Notes: a model not told the origin generated them from the sequence alone. Shown: positions 9,569-19,482, counted from the stretch's first letter. The stretch is 64,000 nucleotides of DNA from Patescibacteria group bacterium (GCA_038064875.1 JBBTSC010000001.1:55369-119368); one strand, 5' to 3'. Made by a program: numbers and translations.

Positions 9569-10228
9569 ATGTCAAACAATGGCTACATTAAAACAAATAT
9601 TGAAGTAATAAAACAAATAAACCCCGATGATCTATCAGAGTTAGTGCCTGATATATATGGTAAAGAATCCGGCGGTTCGCGAGTTTTCAAGCCACTGGGA
9701 AGTGTCAGTGTAGGTGGTTCAAAGTTACACCTTGGCGTAAAAGTAGGAGAGTCTGATTTTGAGAGAGCGATGATTCCGCTGATATTTACACATGAGTTTG
9801 CAGACACCGCAGTTATCGCTGATAGGGCGCCTGAGATAGCACATAAATTGCCTAGATTCATGGGATTGATAGAATTTGACGGAAATCATGCCCCGGCAAT
9901 GTTAGTAGAAGACATGAATCCGGGTAGAGCAAAAGTCAGACAGGTAAGCGCCAGTGACCGCACTAGAGCTTCTCTTGAGGCAATGTTGCCAGTAGGAAGT
10001 GAACTTGATCAGACAGTGCTCAATGCTGGCATGGCATTTGATATTGCTGGCCAAGAAAGAATATTAGACTTACATCCGTCACCGTTCTTACGGCCTGGAG
10101 GAGACAGGGAATTATTCAAAAGGTACAATGCGCTAGCAGATCATTACACTCAAGATCTTGTGATAAGAGTTGCTCATGATAGCCCGCTGGCTGAACAGCT
10201 CAGAACAGATGTCGCGCAGCCTGTTTAA
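9569..10228 (+). CDS. Hypothetical protein
   Basis: 219-aa ORF with no recognisable motif. Moderately elevated GC. Confidence 0.4.
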   Translation: MSNNGYIKTNIEVIKQINPDDLSELVPDIYGKESGGSRVFKPLGSVSVGGSKLHLGVKVGESDFERAMIPLIFTHEFADTAVIADRAPEIAHKLPRFMGLIEFDGNHAPAMLVEDMNPGRAKVRQVSASDRTRASLEAMLPVGSELDQTVLNAGMAFDIAGQERILDLHPSPFLRPGGDRELFKRYNALADHYTQDLVIRVAHDSPLAEQLRTDVAQPV

Positions 10229-10248
10229 ATAAGAGCTGTTGAGGTTAA

Positions 10249-10941
10249 TCAACCGCTAATAAAGAATTTGAATGGTAGATTGCCGTGCGCGTTCAAAATA
10301 GCCAAGAATAGAATAAAATCAATGCTCAGATGTGTAACAATCACAAGCCCGAGTGATTTGTATTTCATGAACATGTAGCCCTGTATGAGTGCAAAAGGGT
10401 AAATTATCAGTGGTGCCCAGCCAGTAAACCCTAATTCGTATAGAAATATTGTGAAAAACAGAGCCTGGCAGATATTGGCAATCCAGAATTTTGCATGACG
10501 TCTAAAGATAGTCAAAATTGTGTTAATAAAAAACAATTCATCCCAAAGTCCTAGTGCGTTTGTCCCAATAAATAATAAAATAGTCTCCCCAGCTGTTTTG
10601 GTATTTGGCCAGTTCTGATAACTTCCGGTGCTAGAGAAATAAATAGGGAATATGAAATACGAAAGAGCTACGCCAAATAGGACGAAAGCGATTTTTTCTC
10701 TATTAATCAGTGACTGAAAGTTATACTTAAATACTATTTGTCGGCCAGGCTTATTCCTTAAATAAAAGTACGGTGCAAGTAGAGCCAGGCTAAGACCCCC
10801 AGCCATAATAAGCATATGAGATGGAGAAATATCAGTATTTATCGGAGTTATAGCTACGAGAGCAAGAGCAGATACGATAACTGATAAATCTTGGGCTTTG
10901 GTTTTGGCTAACTTAATCACCCTATAATTGTATACGTACAT
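10249..10941 (-). CDS. Polytopic membrane protein, possibly CPBP/CAAX-protease (Abi) family
   Basis: Six or more TM helices. WDELFF (EExxxR-like), FxxxH-like and THLSID (HxxxD/N-like) motifs are degenerate. Confidence 0.4.
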   Translation of the reverse strand: MYVYNYRVIKLAKTKAQDLSVIVSALALVAITPINTDISPSHMLIMAGGLSLALLAPYFYLRNKPGRQIVFKYNFQSLINREKIAFVLFGVALSYFIFPIYFSSTGSYQNWPNTKTAGETILLFIGTNALGLWDELFFINTILTIFRRHAKFWIANICQALFFTIFLYELGFTGWAPLIIYPFALIQGYMFMKYKSLGLVIVTHLSIDFILFLAILNAHGNLPFKFFISG

Positions 10942-11055
10942 TGAAAATTATTGCATTTTATGTTAATATATGTAGATTGAGTGGGAATTTTACTCAACAA
11001 GTATACCGTTGGAAGTAGTATCCGTATAAATCGAAGTACAACCAAAGGATGAACA

Positions 11056-11883
11056 TTGACATTCAGACCAGTAGTTAATCGAATACCTCTGGCGTTGGTG
11101 ATGCTGACCCTCGCGATCGGATCAATGATGGCTTTTGCTGTCAAGGATGCGGTGGCTTGGACTACGGTCAGCGTCAACGCGACGTGTGACAAATACGTCG
11201 GAACCATGAACCAGATGAGCGTTGGCTTTAACCAATACAGCGTTGTTTTCAACCTGTCTGGTTTCAGCTACGCCGTCCAGATCCCGAACAATCCGCCGTC
11301 TTCGCACAACGCGATCACGGAAGATCTGACCGGGAAAACTCAAGTCGGTCCCTCGGACTATGGCAACAAGAACGCCTGGTTCAAGAACGGCATGGGGCCA
11401 GTCATCCTGACTATCCCTGCCGACGGGAAGAAGAGAGTCTGGAAGTTTGGTTACGAGTACAAGACGCCGATTCTGATCGTTCTCGATCCGAACACGCCGG
11501 CTTGCACTCCGCCACCGCCTCCGACTCCTCCGACCGGCCCGACGCCTCCTGTCACGCCACCACTGATTGTGACCGCGCCAGGATTCCCTGTTGTACCGAA
11601 GCCAACCGTCACCGGAAGGTGTACCCGCGCCGGCTACAACTCGGAAATAAGTGTCACTCCAGCTGTCAACGCAAAGAGCGTCACTTATATCTACGGCAAC
11701 GGCAAGAGAAAGACGATCAACAAGGCACCGTTCGTGCTCAAACTCCGCCACAGGCGCAAGCCCGTCGGCGTAGTACCGGTCGTCACCATGAACAACGACA
11801 AGGTTGTCGTTCTCAAGACGATCAGAACCAATGTCTGTCGCAAGACGACGAAGAGAACGCCGAACCCGCCATACACGGGCTGA
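11056..11883 (+). CDS. Secreted proline-rich protein encoded in a high-GC island
   Basis: Signal peptide MTFRPVVNRIPLALVMLTLAIGSMMAFA. Linker TPPPPPTPPTGPTPPVTPP. Local GC about 60% against an AT-rich flank. The overlapping antisense ORF 11122..11895 is probably a GC artefact. Confidence 0.5.
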   Translation: MTFRPVVNRIPLALVMLTLAIGSMMAFAVKDAVAWTTVSVNATCDKYVGTMNQMSVGFNQYSVVFNLSGFSYAVQIPNNPPSSHNAITEDLTGKTQVGPSDYGNKNAWFKNGMGPVILTIPADGKKRVWKFGYEYKTPILIVLDPNTPACTPPPPPTPPTGPTPPVTPPLIVTAPGFPVVPKPTVTGRCTRAGYNSEISVTPAVNAKSVTYIYGNGKRKTINKAPFVLKLRHRRKPVGVVPVVTMNNDKVVVLKTIRTNVCRKTTKRTPNPPYTG

Positions 11884-12075
11884 GAAGCAAGCCAACCGGG
11901 CTTGGACATGAGATTATGAGCAAGGATGCTCTCCCTCATGTCGTTTGCTAACCCTAGCAACCAACTCGCCCTCCAACTACTTTCTGATAAAATTCCCACC
12001 AATAATCCTTTACTACTTTGTTCAATACATATGGACATAAGTGTTATGATTGAGTAGTAAAAGGGGGTAAGCGTT

Positions 12076-12447
12076 ATGTTAAATCAAGGCAAGGTATTCG
12101 CAACACTAGCAGTGAGCGATATTAATAAAGCAAAAGAATTTTATAGCACTACATTGGGGCTATCTCAAGTAGATGAAAACCCAGGTGGTGTGACATATGA
12201 AAGTGGCGGGGGAAGGCTTTTTGTCTACCAATCTCCTACAGCGGGCACAAACCAAGCTACCTGCGCTAGCTGGCAAGTTGATGATATACGCTCAGCCGTT
12301 GATGATCTTAAAGGCAAGGGGATTAGCTTTGAACATTACGAAGTGCCGGGAGCAACAATGGACGGTGATATCCATGTTATGGGTGATATGAAAGCGTCTT
12401 GGTTCAAAGATCCTGACGGCAATATTTTAAATGTTGCACAAGCTTAA
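12076..12447 (+). CDS. VOC/glyoxalase-bleomycin resistance family protein
   Basis: KVFATLAVSDINKAKEFY...HYEVPG pattern. 123 aa. Confidence 0.75.
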   Translation: MLNQGKVFATLAVSDINKAKEFYSTTLGLSQVDENPGGVTYESGGGRLFVYQSPTAGTNQATCASWQVDDIRSAVDDLKGKGISFEHYEVPGATMDGDIHVMGDMKASWFKDPDGNILNVAQA

Positions 12448-12471
12448 TTTTAATAGACAAAGGTAAAATAA

Positions 12472-13395
12472 ATGATTCCAGAATGGTTCTTGTTGGCTCT
12501 TTTACCACCACTTATCTGGGCTAGTAATTATCACATTGATAAAATTGCTATTACTAAATTTGGGAAGGGTGTTCCAAATGTTCAGCTAGCGATCATCAGT
12601 GGTCTCGGTGGTTTGTTAGTTATTGCCTCGTTACTATTTTTGGACCCATCTAGGGTGACAACTAGCTGGAGTTTTCACGAAATTAGTTTCACTTTTGCTG
12701 GTGGTATTTTTTATTTGCTGGGCTCATATATGTATTATCTTGGTTTAAGCAAAGAAGAAGTTACAAGAGTTGCTCCGCTTTATGCTTTTTCGCCTATATT
12801 CGGTATCTTGCTAGGTACTACCCTGTTGGGTGAGCATATAAATGCCTTAAATATATTAGGAATTTTGATTGTTGTAGCTGGCGGTATTTTAGTTGATAGC
12901 AGAGTAGTAAAACATATCTTTAAGGTAAATTGGACTGTGTTGATTGCGATAGCAGTGTCTTGCGTGGGGTTTTCTTTATCGAGCGTCGGCTTTAAGCAGT
13001 CAAGCAATTATCTAGATTTTGGAGATAATTTGATGTGGTTTTTTGTAGGTTCTGTTGCAACAAGCATTGTGTTGATTTTGATGCCCAAACATAGACAAGA
13101 TTTTTTGAATCTTTTTAAAAACCATACTAAACGTAAGCTGACTTTAGTGATGATTATTAGCAATATAGTAGGAAATATAGGCAGATCAATACATAACTAT
13201 GCAGTTTTGTTGGTGCCGATTGCTTTTGTTCAGACAGTAGAAGCTTTTGAGTCGGCTTTTGTGTTAGTGATTGCTGTGCTGTTGGGAAAGTTTTTTGTGG
13301 GATTAGAGCCAGAAGACTTGTCGCGAAGAGTTTTGGCTCAAAAACTAGCTTCGATAGCAGTTATTATTACTGGTTCATTACTGTTGATGTTTTAA
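12472..13395 (+). CDS. EamA/DMT-superfamily transporter
   Basis: Ten TM helices in two EamA-like halves. Confidence 0.75.
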   Translation: MIPEWFLLALLPPLIWASNYHIDKIAITKFGKGVPNVQLAIISGLGGLLVIASLLFLDPSRVTTSWSFHEISFTFAGGIFYLLGSYMYYLGLSKEEVTRVAPLYAFSPIFGILLGTTLLGEHINALNILGILIVVAGGILVDSRVVKHIFKVNWTVLIAIAVSCVGFSLSSVGFKQSSNYLDFGDNLMWFFVGSVATSIVLILMPKHRQDFLNLFKNHTKRKLTLVMIISNIVGNIGRSIHNYAVLLVPIAFVQTVEAFESAFVLVIAVLLGKFFVGLEPEDLSRRVLAQKLASIAVIITGSLLLMF

Positions 13396-13464
13396 AAATA
13401 GAACAAAAAGTGTATGCAATATTAAGCGTTTGTGCTTTAATGTGTTTTAGGTTAGTTTGTCATT

Positions 13465-13920
13465 ATGATCGAGATAGCAGATACAATTCACTTGCCTTAC
13501 CCTAGACCGCACGTCTTTGAAGCTGGGAGACTCTTAAAACTATTTGGTTCAGGCAACGGCTTCTGTTTTGAATCCACAAAAAGAAAAATTTCAATGGGTG
13601 TTTTATTGGGAGTATCTGTCGAAGGGTTTTCTAAAGTAGGTGATATTAAAGGCAAAGTTGAAGAGTTTATCCCTAATGAACTAGTAAGAATAGTTGGTGG
13701 CTCTAGATTTGTTGATCTTAGTATGGCCATTAGCTTGGAAGATTACAGAGGGGGGACTAATGCAAGTTATGATTTTACACTTGGAGGGAGCAACCAGCTC
13801 GGTAAGGTAATTATAGGGGGGTTGCACGAGCCTCTTTTGGAGAAGATAACAGGATCTATCTCTGGTTACCAGGAAAATTTAGCTATACATTTGCAGGAAA
13901 GAGCACAAGAAGTTGCCTAA
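13465..13920 (+). CDS. Hypothetical protein
   Basis: ORF only. Possibly SRPBCC-like but not supported. Confidence 0.35.
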   Translation: MIEIADTIHLPYPRPHVFEAGRLLKLFGSGNGFCFESTKRKISMGVLLGVSVEGFSKVGDIKGKVEEFIPNELVRIVGGSRFVDLSMAISLEDYRGGTNASYDFTLGGSNQLGKVIIGGLHEPLLEKITGSISGYQENLAIHLQERAQEVA

Positions 13921-13970
13921 ATACAGGTGCTTGGGCTTTGAAAACGTTAGATCCATGAGATAATGGATAT

Positions 13971-14714
13971 ATGAAATTAGACCAAGGGATTTTACAGATC
14001 GAAGGAGACCCTACACCCTACGCTATTGTAGAGCCAAATGATGATAAAGAATGGTGTGTCTTGTGGCTCCAGGGTTGGACTAGTGCGATTGAAAAGCACT
14101 TTCCTCGGTTGCAAGAAATGTCGGAAACCACCGGAATTAGTTTTGGTATGATCAACTATGCAGGACATGGTGATCATCCAGTGAGCTTGGATGATAGTAG
14201 CCGTTCTCAGCAATTTAATGAAGTTCTATTCATCTATGACAAATTAAAATCTATGGGATACAAAAAGATTATTGTGGTAGGGACGAGCTTTGGCGGGTAT
14301 ATGGCTGCGCATCTGTCTGCAAAGAGGGAACTTGCAAGTGTAGTGCTGAGGGTTCCTGCAATTTACCAAGATGAAGAATGGGAATTTCCATACGCAAAAA
14401 CAGAACGGGCTCAGGGCCCGGAGGCCGCCAGAAAATTTAGAGAGAATATTAGTGCAGATAGTAGTTCCGATGTGCTGTCAGCGATCAAAAATTTTAAGAA
14501 TACGGTTTATGTGGTTGAGCATGAGAAAGATTCGATAGTTCCTAAAAACGTAGTGAAGGCGTATTTTGACGTGGCAAAACGGGGGAATTATTTAGTTGTG
14601 CCTGGGTTAGACCATAGCCCAGAGATGATGGATGAGCCAGAAAAATACCAAGATTATATACAGCAAATGATAATTGATATTATTGAGCTTATACGCAAGG
14701 AAAATAGGTTTTAA
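13971..14714 (+). CDS. Alpha/beta hydrolase
   Basis: GTSFGG nucleophile elbow (GxSxG). Downstream Asp/His. Confidence 0.7.
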   Translation: MKLDQGILQIEGDPTPYAIVEPNDDKEWCVLWLQGWTSAIEKHFPRLQEMSETTGISFGMINYAGHGDHPVSLDDSSRSQQFNEVLFIYDKLKSMGYKKIIVVGTSFGGYMAAHLSAKRELASVVLRVPAIYQDEEWEFPYAKTERAQGPEAARKFRENISADSSSDVLSAIKNFKNTVYVVEHEKDSIVPKNVVKAYFDVAKRGNYLVVPGLDHSPEMMDEPEKYQDYIQQMIIDIIELIRKENRF

Positions 14715-14716
14715 TC

Positions 14717-15160
14717 ATGGTTGAAAAATTGATAAGAGAATATTTAGCAGAAAAGAGAATGATGCAAATCGCATCTGTTAATAGTGATCAGCCATGGATA
14801 TGTACTGTTTATTTTGTTGCAGATGAGAATCAAAATTTGTATTGGCTCAGTTTGCCTAAGCGACGACATAGCCAAGAGATTAAAAAGAATAATAAGGTGG
14901 CTATAGCGGTCCCAGTGAAGTTCGACAAGCCGGTTATTGGCATACAGACAGAGGGTGTTGCTGAGGTAGTAGCTGATAGTGAAGTTGTCAAAGTAGTTAT
15001 GGAGAAGTACGTTGAAAAATATGGTCAGGGCAAAGATTTTTATGATAATTTTGTAGCCGGCAAAATGGAGCATTCACTCTATAAATTTACTCCCAAAAGA
15101 TTTGCGTTATTTGATGAAGTCCATTTTTCTACCGGCGACCCCCAGGAGTGGCTTAAATAA
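14717..15160 (+). CDS. Pyridoxamine 5'-phosphate oxidase-like FMN-binding split-barrel protein
   Basis: MMQIASVNSDQPWICTVYFVADENQNLYWLS pattern typical of the PNPOx-like family. Confidence 0.7.
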   Translation: MVEKLIREYLAEKRMMQIASVNSDQPWICTVYFVADENQNLYWLSLPKRRHSQEIKKNNKVAIAVPVKFDKPVIGIQTEGVAEVVADSEVVKVVMEKYVEKYGQGKDFYDNFVAGKMEHSLYKFTPKRFALFDEVHFSTGDPQEWLK

Positions 15161-15162
15161 AA

Positions 15163-15759
15163 ATGATCAGCGAAAATTTTATATATGTTGGTGCAGTCCT
15201 GACCTTAATAGGGAGTTTAGACTATGTTATTAATACCTTAAAAGGCAAGACAAAGCCTAACAGAGTAACGTGGTTCTTATGGGCTTTGGCACCGTTGATT
15301 GCATTTGGCGTTCAACTTGATGAGGGGGTTGGTCTAGTAGCGCTGATGACTTTCATGGTTGGCTTTGGCCCGTTGATGGTATTTATCGCATCTTTTGTTA
15401 ACAAAAAATCATATTGGAAAATAACAAAGTTTGATCTTATTTGTGGGCTTTTGTCATGTCTCGGTTTACTGCTTTGGCTGATCCTGCAAGAAGGGAATGT
15501 AGCAATAGCTATGACTATTCTCGCAGATGGTTTGGCTGCATTGCCAACAGTGTTAAAATCATACAGAGAGCCTCGAACTGAGAGCTATCTTGCATTTCTC
15601 CTTTCTTCTATAAATGCGATCATAACTTTGTTGGCGGTAAAGATGTGGGACTTCACACATGTAGGATTTCCAATTTATATATTGACCGTTTGTACGTTAC
15701 TTTTTGTACTGATTCGTTTCGAGCTCGGACCAAAACTTAGTAAATATAGATCTATATGA
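15163..15759 (+). CDS. Membrane protein, hypothetical
   Basis: Five or six TM helices. Coupled to flanking genes. Confidence 0.45.
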   Translation: MISENFIYVGAVLTLIGSLDYVINTLKGKTKPNRVTWFLWALAPLIAFGVQLDEGVGLVALMTFMVGFGPLMVFIASFVNKKSYWKITKFDLICGLLSCLGLLLWLILQEGNVAIAMTILADGLAALPTVLKSYREPRTESYLAFLLSSINAIITLLAVKMWDFTHVGFPIYILTVCTLLFVLIRFELGPKLSKYRSI

Positions 15760-16454
15760 TTGCAGAGGATTTCGAAGTAGCTCTAGCTAAATATGGTAGT
15801 GATAGTGACGCAGTATTCTTGCAAAGATTTTTCAAGACCGGTCCGGGAGAGTATGGGGAAGGTGATCTTTTCATAGGGGCAAAAGTACCTGACACTCGAA
15901 AAGTATGCAGAGAATTCAAAAATCTACCTCTGGTAGAAATACAAAAGTTGCTGAATAGCCCATTTCACGAGCATAGGTTAGGTGCGGTAATACTTTTGGT
16001 GAATCAATTTAAAAGCAATCAAAAAGAAATTTATGATTTTTATCTTAAAAACGTTTATGCTGGACTCGTTAATAATTGGGACATCGTAGACAGCTCGGCA
16101 CACCAAATAGTCGGTGGGTATTTGATAGACAGACAGAGAGATATTATCTATGAGCTAGCACAAAGTGAGAAGCTGTGGGAGAAGAGAGTGGCTATAATAG
16201 CGACGTTTCATTTTATAAAGAATGGGGATAGCTCGACAACAATAGATATCGCAGAGATGCTACTGCACGACAAGCATGATCTAATCCACAAAGCTGTCGG
16301 TTGGATGTTGCGTGAAGTTGGCAAGCGAGTAGACGAAGCGATCTTGATAGATTTTCTTGATAAGTATGCCAACCAGATGCCTAGAACTATGCTTAGATAT
16401 TCGATAGAAAAACTTCCAGAACAAAAGCGACAATATTATCTTAAGATGACTTAG
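15756..16454 (+). CDS. DNA alkylation repair protein (AlkD/AlkC-like HEAT-repeat glycosylase family)
   Basis: N-terminus AEDFEVALAKYGSDSDAVFLQRFFKTGPGEYGEGDLFIGAKVPDTRKV matches PF08713. Confidence 0.7.
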   Translation: MIAEDFEVALAKYGSDSDAVFLQRFFKTGPGEYGEGDLFIGAKVPDTRKVCREFKNLPLVEIQKLLNSPFHEHRLGAVILLVNQFKSNQKEIYDFYLKNVYAGLVNNWDIVDSSAHQIVGGYLIDRQRDIIYELAQSEKLWEKRVAIIATFHFIKNGDSSTTIDIAEMLLHDKHDLIHKAVGWMLREVGKRVDEAILIDFLDKYANQMPRTMLRYSIEKLPEQKRQYYLKMT

Positions 16455-16456
16455 AT

Positions 16457-17380
16457 CTATTTTGAAGCGAGTTGATCGAGGAGGGCCATACGCACAAAGA
16501 GTCCGTTGCCTGCTTGGTCAAAATACCTAACTCTAGAGTCACTATCTACGTCTGTTGATATCTCATCAACTCGAGGCAGGGGATGCATGATGATTGCATC
16601 TTTTTTCATAAATTTGAGGGTGTCTTTGCTAATGATAAATCCGCCAGCAAGACCTTTTTCATGTTCTTCTAGTCGCTCCTTTTGTAGTCGCGTCCAATAG
16701 ATAACATCAGAATCAGCTACGCCTTGTTCTATATCTGTAATTTCCTCATATGTTGTGTTATTTTCTTTCAGAAAATCTTTAATATCTTGGTCAACAGCAA
16801 GTGACTTGGTCGAAACAAATTTAATATGATTGTTGTCGAATTTTGCCATAATTTTAGCTAAAGATCGGGCGGTGCGACCGTGCTTGAGGTCTCCACCAAT
16901 AGTGATCGTCAGATTATCAAGGCGCTTGAAATTGAAGAATATTGTATATGTATCTAGTAGCGATTGGGTTGGGTGCTCACCTTTGCCGTCGCCAGCATTT
17001 ATAATAGGTGTTTTAGCAACTTTGGCTGCCCGGCCAACAATACCAGTCTCTGGATGTCGAATAATTATTGCGCTGAATTTGTATTCATCAAGAACGCGGA
17101 TTGTATCCTCTATAGTCTCGCCTTTACTGGCAGAAGAGAACTCTCCAGCACTCTCTGTGCTCACAACTCCGAATCCTAACTTGTAGCCAGCTGTCTCAAA
17201 GCTGAGTCGAGTACGAGTAGAAGGCTCATAGAATAGGGTGCAGATCTGTTTGTCACGGTGCTTTTTTGCAAGTTCGAGCATTCCGCCTTTTGAATAGAAA
17301 GTGTCCTCAATCTTTTTTGTTCGCTCAAAAAGATCAAACAAATCCTTTGGCGTAAATTGATCTATGGACACCACATGCAT
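16457..17380 (-). CDS. pyrB: Aspartate carbamoyltransferase catalytic subunit
   Basis: STRTRLSFE, GEHPTQSLLD and MHPLPR motifs. The ORF track extends to 17536, but the hydrophobic 52-aa extension overlaps an AT-rich divergent promoter. Start chosen at MHVVSIDQF (17380). Confidence 0.85.
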   Translation of the reverse strand: MHVVSIDQFTPKDLFDLFERTKKIEDTFYSKGGMLELAKKHRDKQICTLFYEPSTRTRLSFETAGYKLGFGVVSTESAGEFSSASKGETIEDTIRVLDEYKFSAIIIRHPETGIVGRAAKVAKTPIINAGDGKGEHPTQSLLDTYTIFFNFKRLDNLTITIGGDLKHGRTARSLAKIMAKFDNNHIKFVSTKSLAVDQDIKDFLKENNTTYEEITDIEQGVADSDVIYWTRLQKERLEEHEKGLAGGFIISKDTLKFMKKDAIIMHPLPRVDEISTDVDSDSRVRYFDQAGNGLFVRMALLDQLASK

Positions 17381-17478
17381 GTGTAAAATTATACCATAGT
17401 GGTTAGGAAATAATTTGCTATTTGCTGTCAAAAAATATATTATATCCACTAGTGTTAAACAAACAAAAATGAGCAAAA

Positions 17479-18741
17479 ATGACAGAAGACAATAGATTAG
17501 ATAACTTCCCGAAAAACTTTTTTTGGGGGGCTTCAAGTGCTGCGCACCAGTACGAAGGGCGTAATCATAATCAATGGAGCGTTTGGGAGCTAGAACATGC
17601 CAAAGAACAGGCTAGAACAGCCCACCAGAGACTTAGCTGGTTACCGTCGTGGGATCGAATAAAGGACGAAGCCGAAGATCCTGATAATTATATTTCAGGA
17701 GTAGGTAATGACCACTATAACAGGTTCGAAGAAGACTTTGACTTGATCAAAAAGTTAAATTTAAATGCTTTTAGGTTCTCTATAGAATGGTCTCGGATTG
17801 AACCAGAAGAAGGCAAATGGAACGACGAAGAAATAGAACACTATAAAAAGTATATTAAAGAGCTTCGAAAGCGAAAGATCGAGCCTTTTCTCAATATCTG
17901 GCATTGGACACTTCCAGTTTGGTTCGCTGAAATGGGTGGGTTTGAAAAAAGACGGAACATTAAATATTTTGAGAGGTTTGTTCAGAAAGTAACAGATGAA
18001 CTTCTTGATGATGTACAGTACGTAATCACTCTAAATGAGCCAAATAACTACGTTTCTTTCGGATATATTTTAGGAGAGTGGCCTCCGGGGAAGAAGACTA
18101 ATGTGATATCTGCAGGTGCTACGCACTATAATCTTGTTCTCGCACACAGAAGGGCGTATAAAATAATCAAAAAACAGAGGAAAGATATCAGTGTGGGGGT
18201 ATCGCCCAACACTTCAAATATTCAGCCAAAGAGGCCACATAATGTCTTGGATATTATCTCTACTCAGGTCATGCGTTATGCCTGGAACTGGTGGTTTCTA
18301 AATAGGGTCAAGAGAACTATGGATTTTGTGGGAATAAACTACTATTTTGCTGACTACTATGCTGGATTTGGTAAAATCAAAAATCCACACCAGCCAGTAA
18401 ATGACCTTGGTTGGTACATGGAGCCAGAAGGCTTGTATCATATTATTTCACGTGCGTGGGCTCACTATAAAAAGCCAATATTTATCACTGAGACCGGGCT
18501 GGCAGATCAGCGTGATGAATACAGGCGTTGGTGGATAGAAGAAAATGTTGTCGCTATGGAAAGAGCTATAAGTGATGGGGTTGATCTGCGAGGCTATCTA
18601 CATTGGAGTTTGCTAGATAATTTTGAATGGGGATTTGGCTGGTGGCCAAAATTTGGATTAATATCGGTTGATCGCAAACATGGCATGAAGAGAACAATTA
18701 GACCAAGCGCCCAGTGGTTTGCTGACTGGCTCGGCAAGTGA
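17479..18741 (+). CDS. Glycoside hydrolase family 1 (beta-glucosidase/6-phospho-beta-glucosidase-like)
   Basis: FPKNFFWGASSAAHQYEG. Acid/base ITLNEPN and nucleophile FITETG. Confidence 0.9.
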   Translation: MTEDNRLDNFPKNFFWGASSAAHQYEGRNHNQWSVWELEHAKEQARTAHQRLSWLPSWDRIKDEAEDPDNYISGVGNDHYNRFEEDFDLIKKLNLNAFRFSIEWSRIEPEEGKWNDEEIEHYKKYIKELRKRKIEPFLNIWHWTLPVWFAEMGGFEKRRNIKYFERFVQKVTDELLDDVQYVITLNEPNNYVSFGYILGEWPPGKKTNVISAGATHYNLVLAHRRAYKIIKKQRKDISVGVSPNTSNIQPKRPHNVLDIISTQVMRYAWNWWFLNRVKRTMDFVGINYYFADYYAGFGKIKNPHQPVNDLGWYMEPEGLYHIISRAWAHYKKPIFITETGLADQRDEYRRWWIEENVVAMERAISDGVDLRGYLHWSLLDNFEWGFGWWPKFGLISVDRKHGMKRTIRPSAQWFADWLGK

Positions 18742-19446
18742 TTAAAATTGACTTGCAGTAGTGGTTACAGTATCTTCGAATTCTTTTGGTACTAGAATTT
18801 TCTTAACATCCTTAAAGGTTGCTGCTAATCTTGATCCTTTTGGAGTTGATCCTGTCCTCACAGTTCCTCCCATATTTGCATCCTGGTAGTAGATTCTTTT
18901 GCCAACTCCTGCTCTTTTTGCTTCTAAGTGGTGTTGTTTTTTGTCATCAATCATTGCTGCTGCACCAAATCCAGCGTATATAGACTCTTTTGAATCAATA
19001 AAGTTTGTTGCGTCATTTCCAATTGTGAATAATCTCAAATCTTGCTGGAGTTCTCCAACTTCATGTCCGTAATACTTTTCTAGCCATGCTAGCGTATGAG
19101 AATGTACTGCAGGTACTCTGGCACTTGCAAATACGACTGTATAAAACACAGCCACTAAACCTAGAACATCAGGCGAATCTTTGATAGGTTCTACATCTAG
19201 AGCATCTTGTGATTGTAGAAATCGGTCTTTAGCTCTGTAGAATGCTTGTAAGTCCATATTGTAGGCTTCTGCTGTAGCGCTCTCGTCTGCAGGTAATTCT
19301 GTAGACCTCGGCTCGCCAGGTAGCCAAAGTGCATTGATTTTTCTGGGGTCCACCAAGACTGAGTCGATGTCACACACAAAGATTGGTTTATCTGTTTGCT
19401 GTATTGTTTCAATACTTGAACTCATACTTAATTGGTATAATACCAT
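18742..19446 (-). CDS. HAD-superfamily 5'(3')-deoxyribonucleotidase-like (NT5C family)
   Basis: FVCDIDSVLVD DxDxV motif at the N-terminus. Convergent with the GH1 gene, with abutting stop codons. Confidence 0.5.
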   Translation of the reverse strand: MVLYQLSMSSSIETIQQTDKPIFVCDIDSVLVDPRKINALWLPGEPRSTELPADESATAEAYNMDLQAFYRAKDRFLQSQDALDVEPIKDSPDVLGLVAVFYTVVFASARVPAVHSHTLAWLEKYYGHEVGELQQDLRLFTIGNDATNFIDSKESIYAGFGAAAMIDDKKQHHLEAKRAGVGKRIYYQDANMGGTVRTGSTPKGSRLAATFKDVKKILVPKEFEDTVTTTASQF

Positions 19447-19482
19447 AATTGTTTATAAAAGCAATACTTTATATTATCAACT

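Noticed and set aside
11122-11895. 257-aa Arg-rich minus-strand ORF
   Set aside because: It lies antisense to the high-GC secreted-protein gene. Arg-rich low-complexity translation is typical of spurious ORFs opposite GC-rich coding sequence. The plus-strand ORF has a signal peptide and coherent domain structure.
17381-17536. N-terminal 52-aa hydrophobic extension of pyrB in the ORF track
   Set aside because: The extension overlaps an AT-rich divergent promoter region and the start of the GH1 gene. The internal Met gives a canonical roughly 307-aa ATCase. The extension is regarded as an ORF-calling artefact rather than a membrane anchor.
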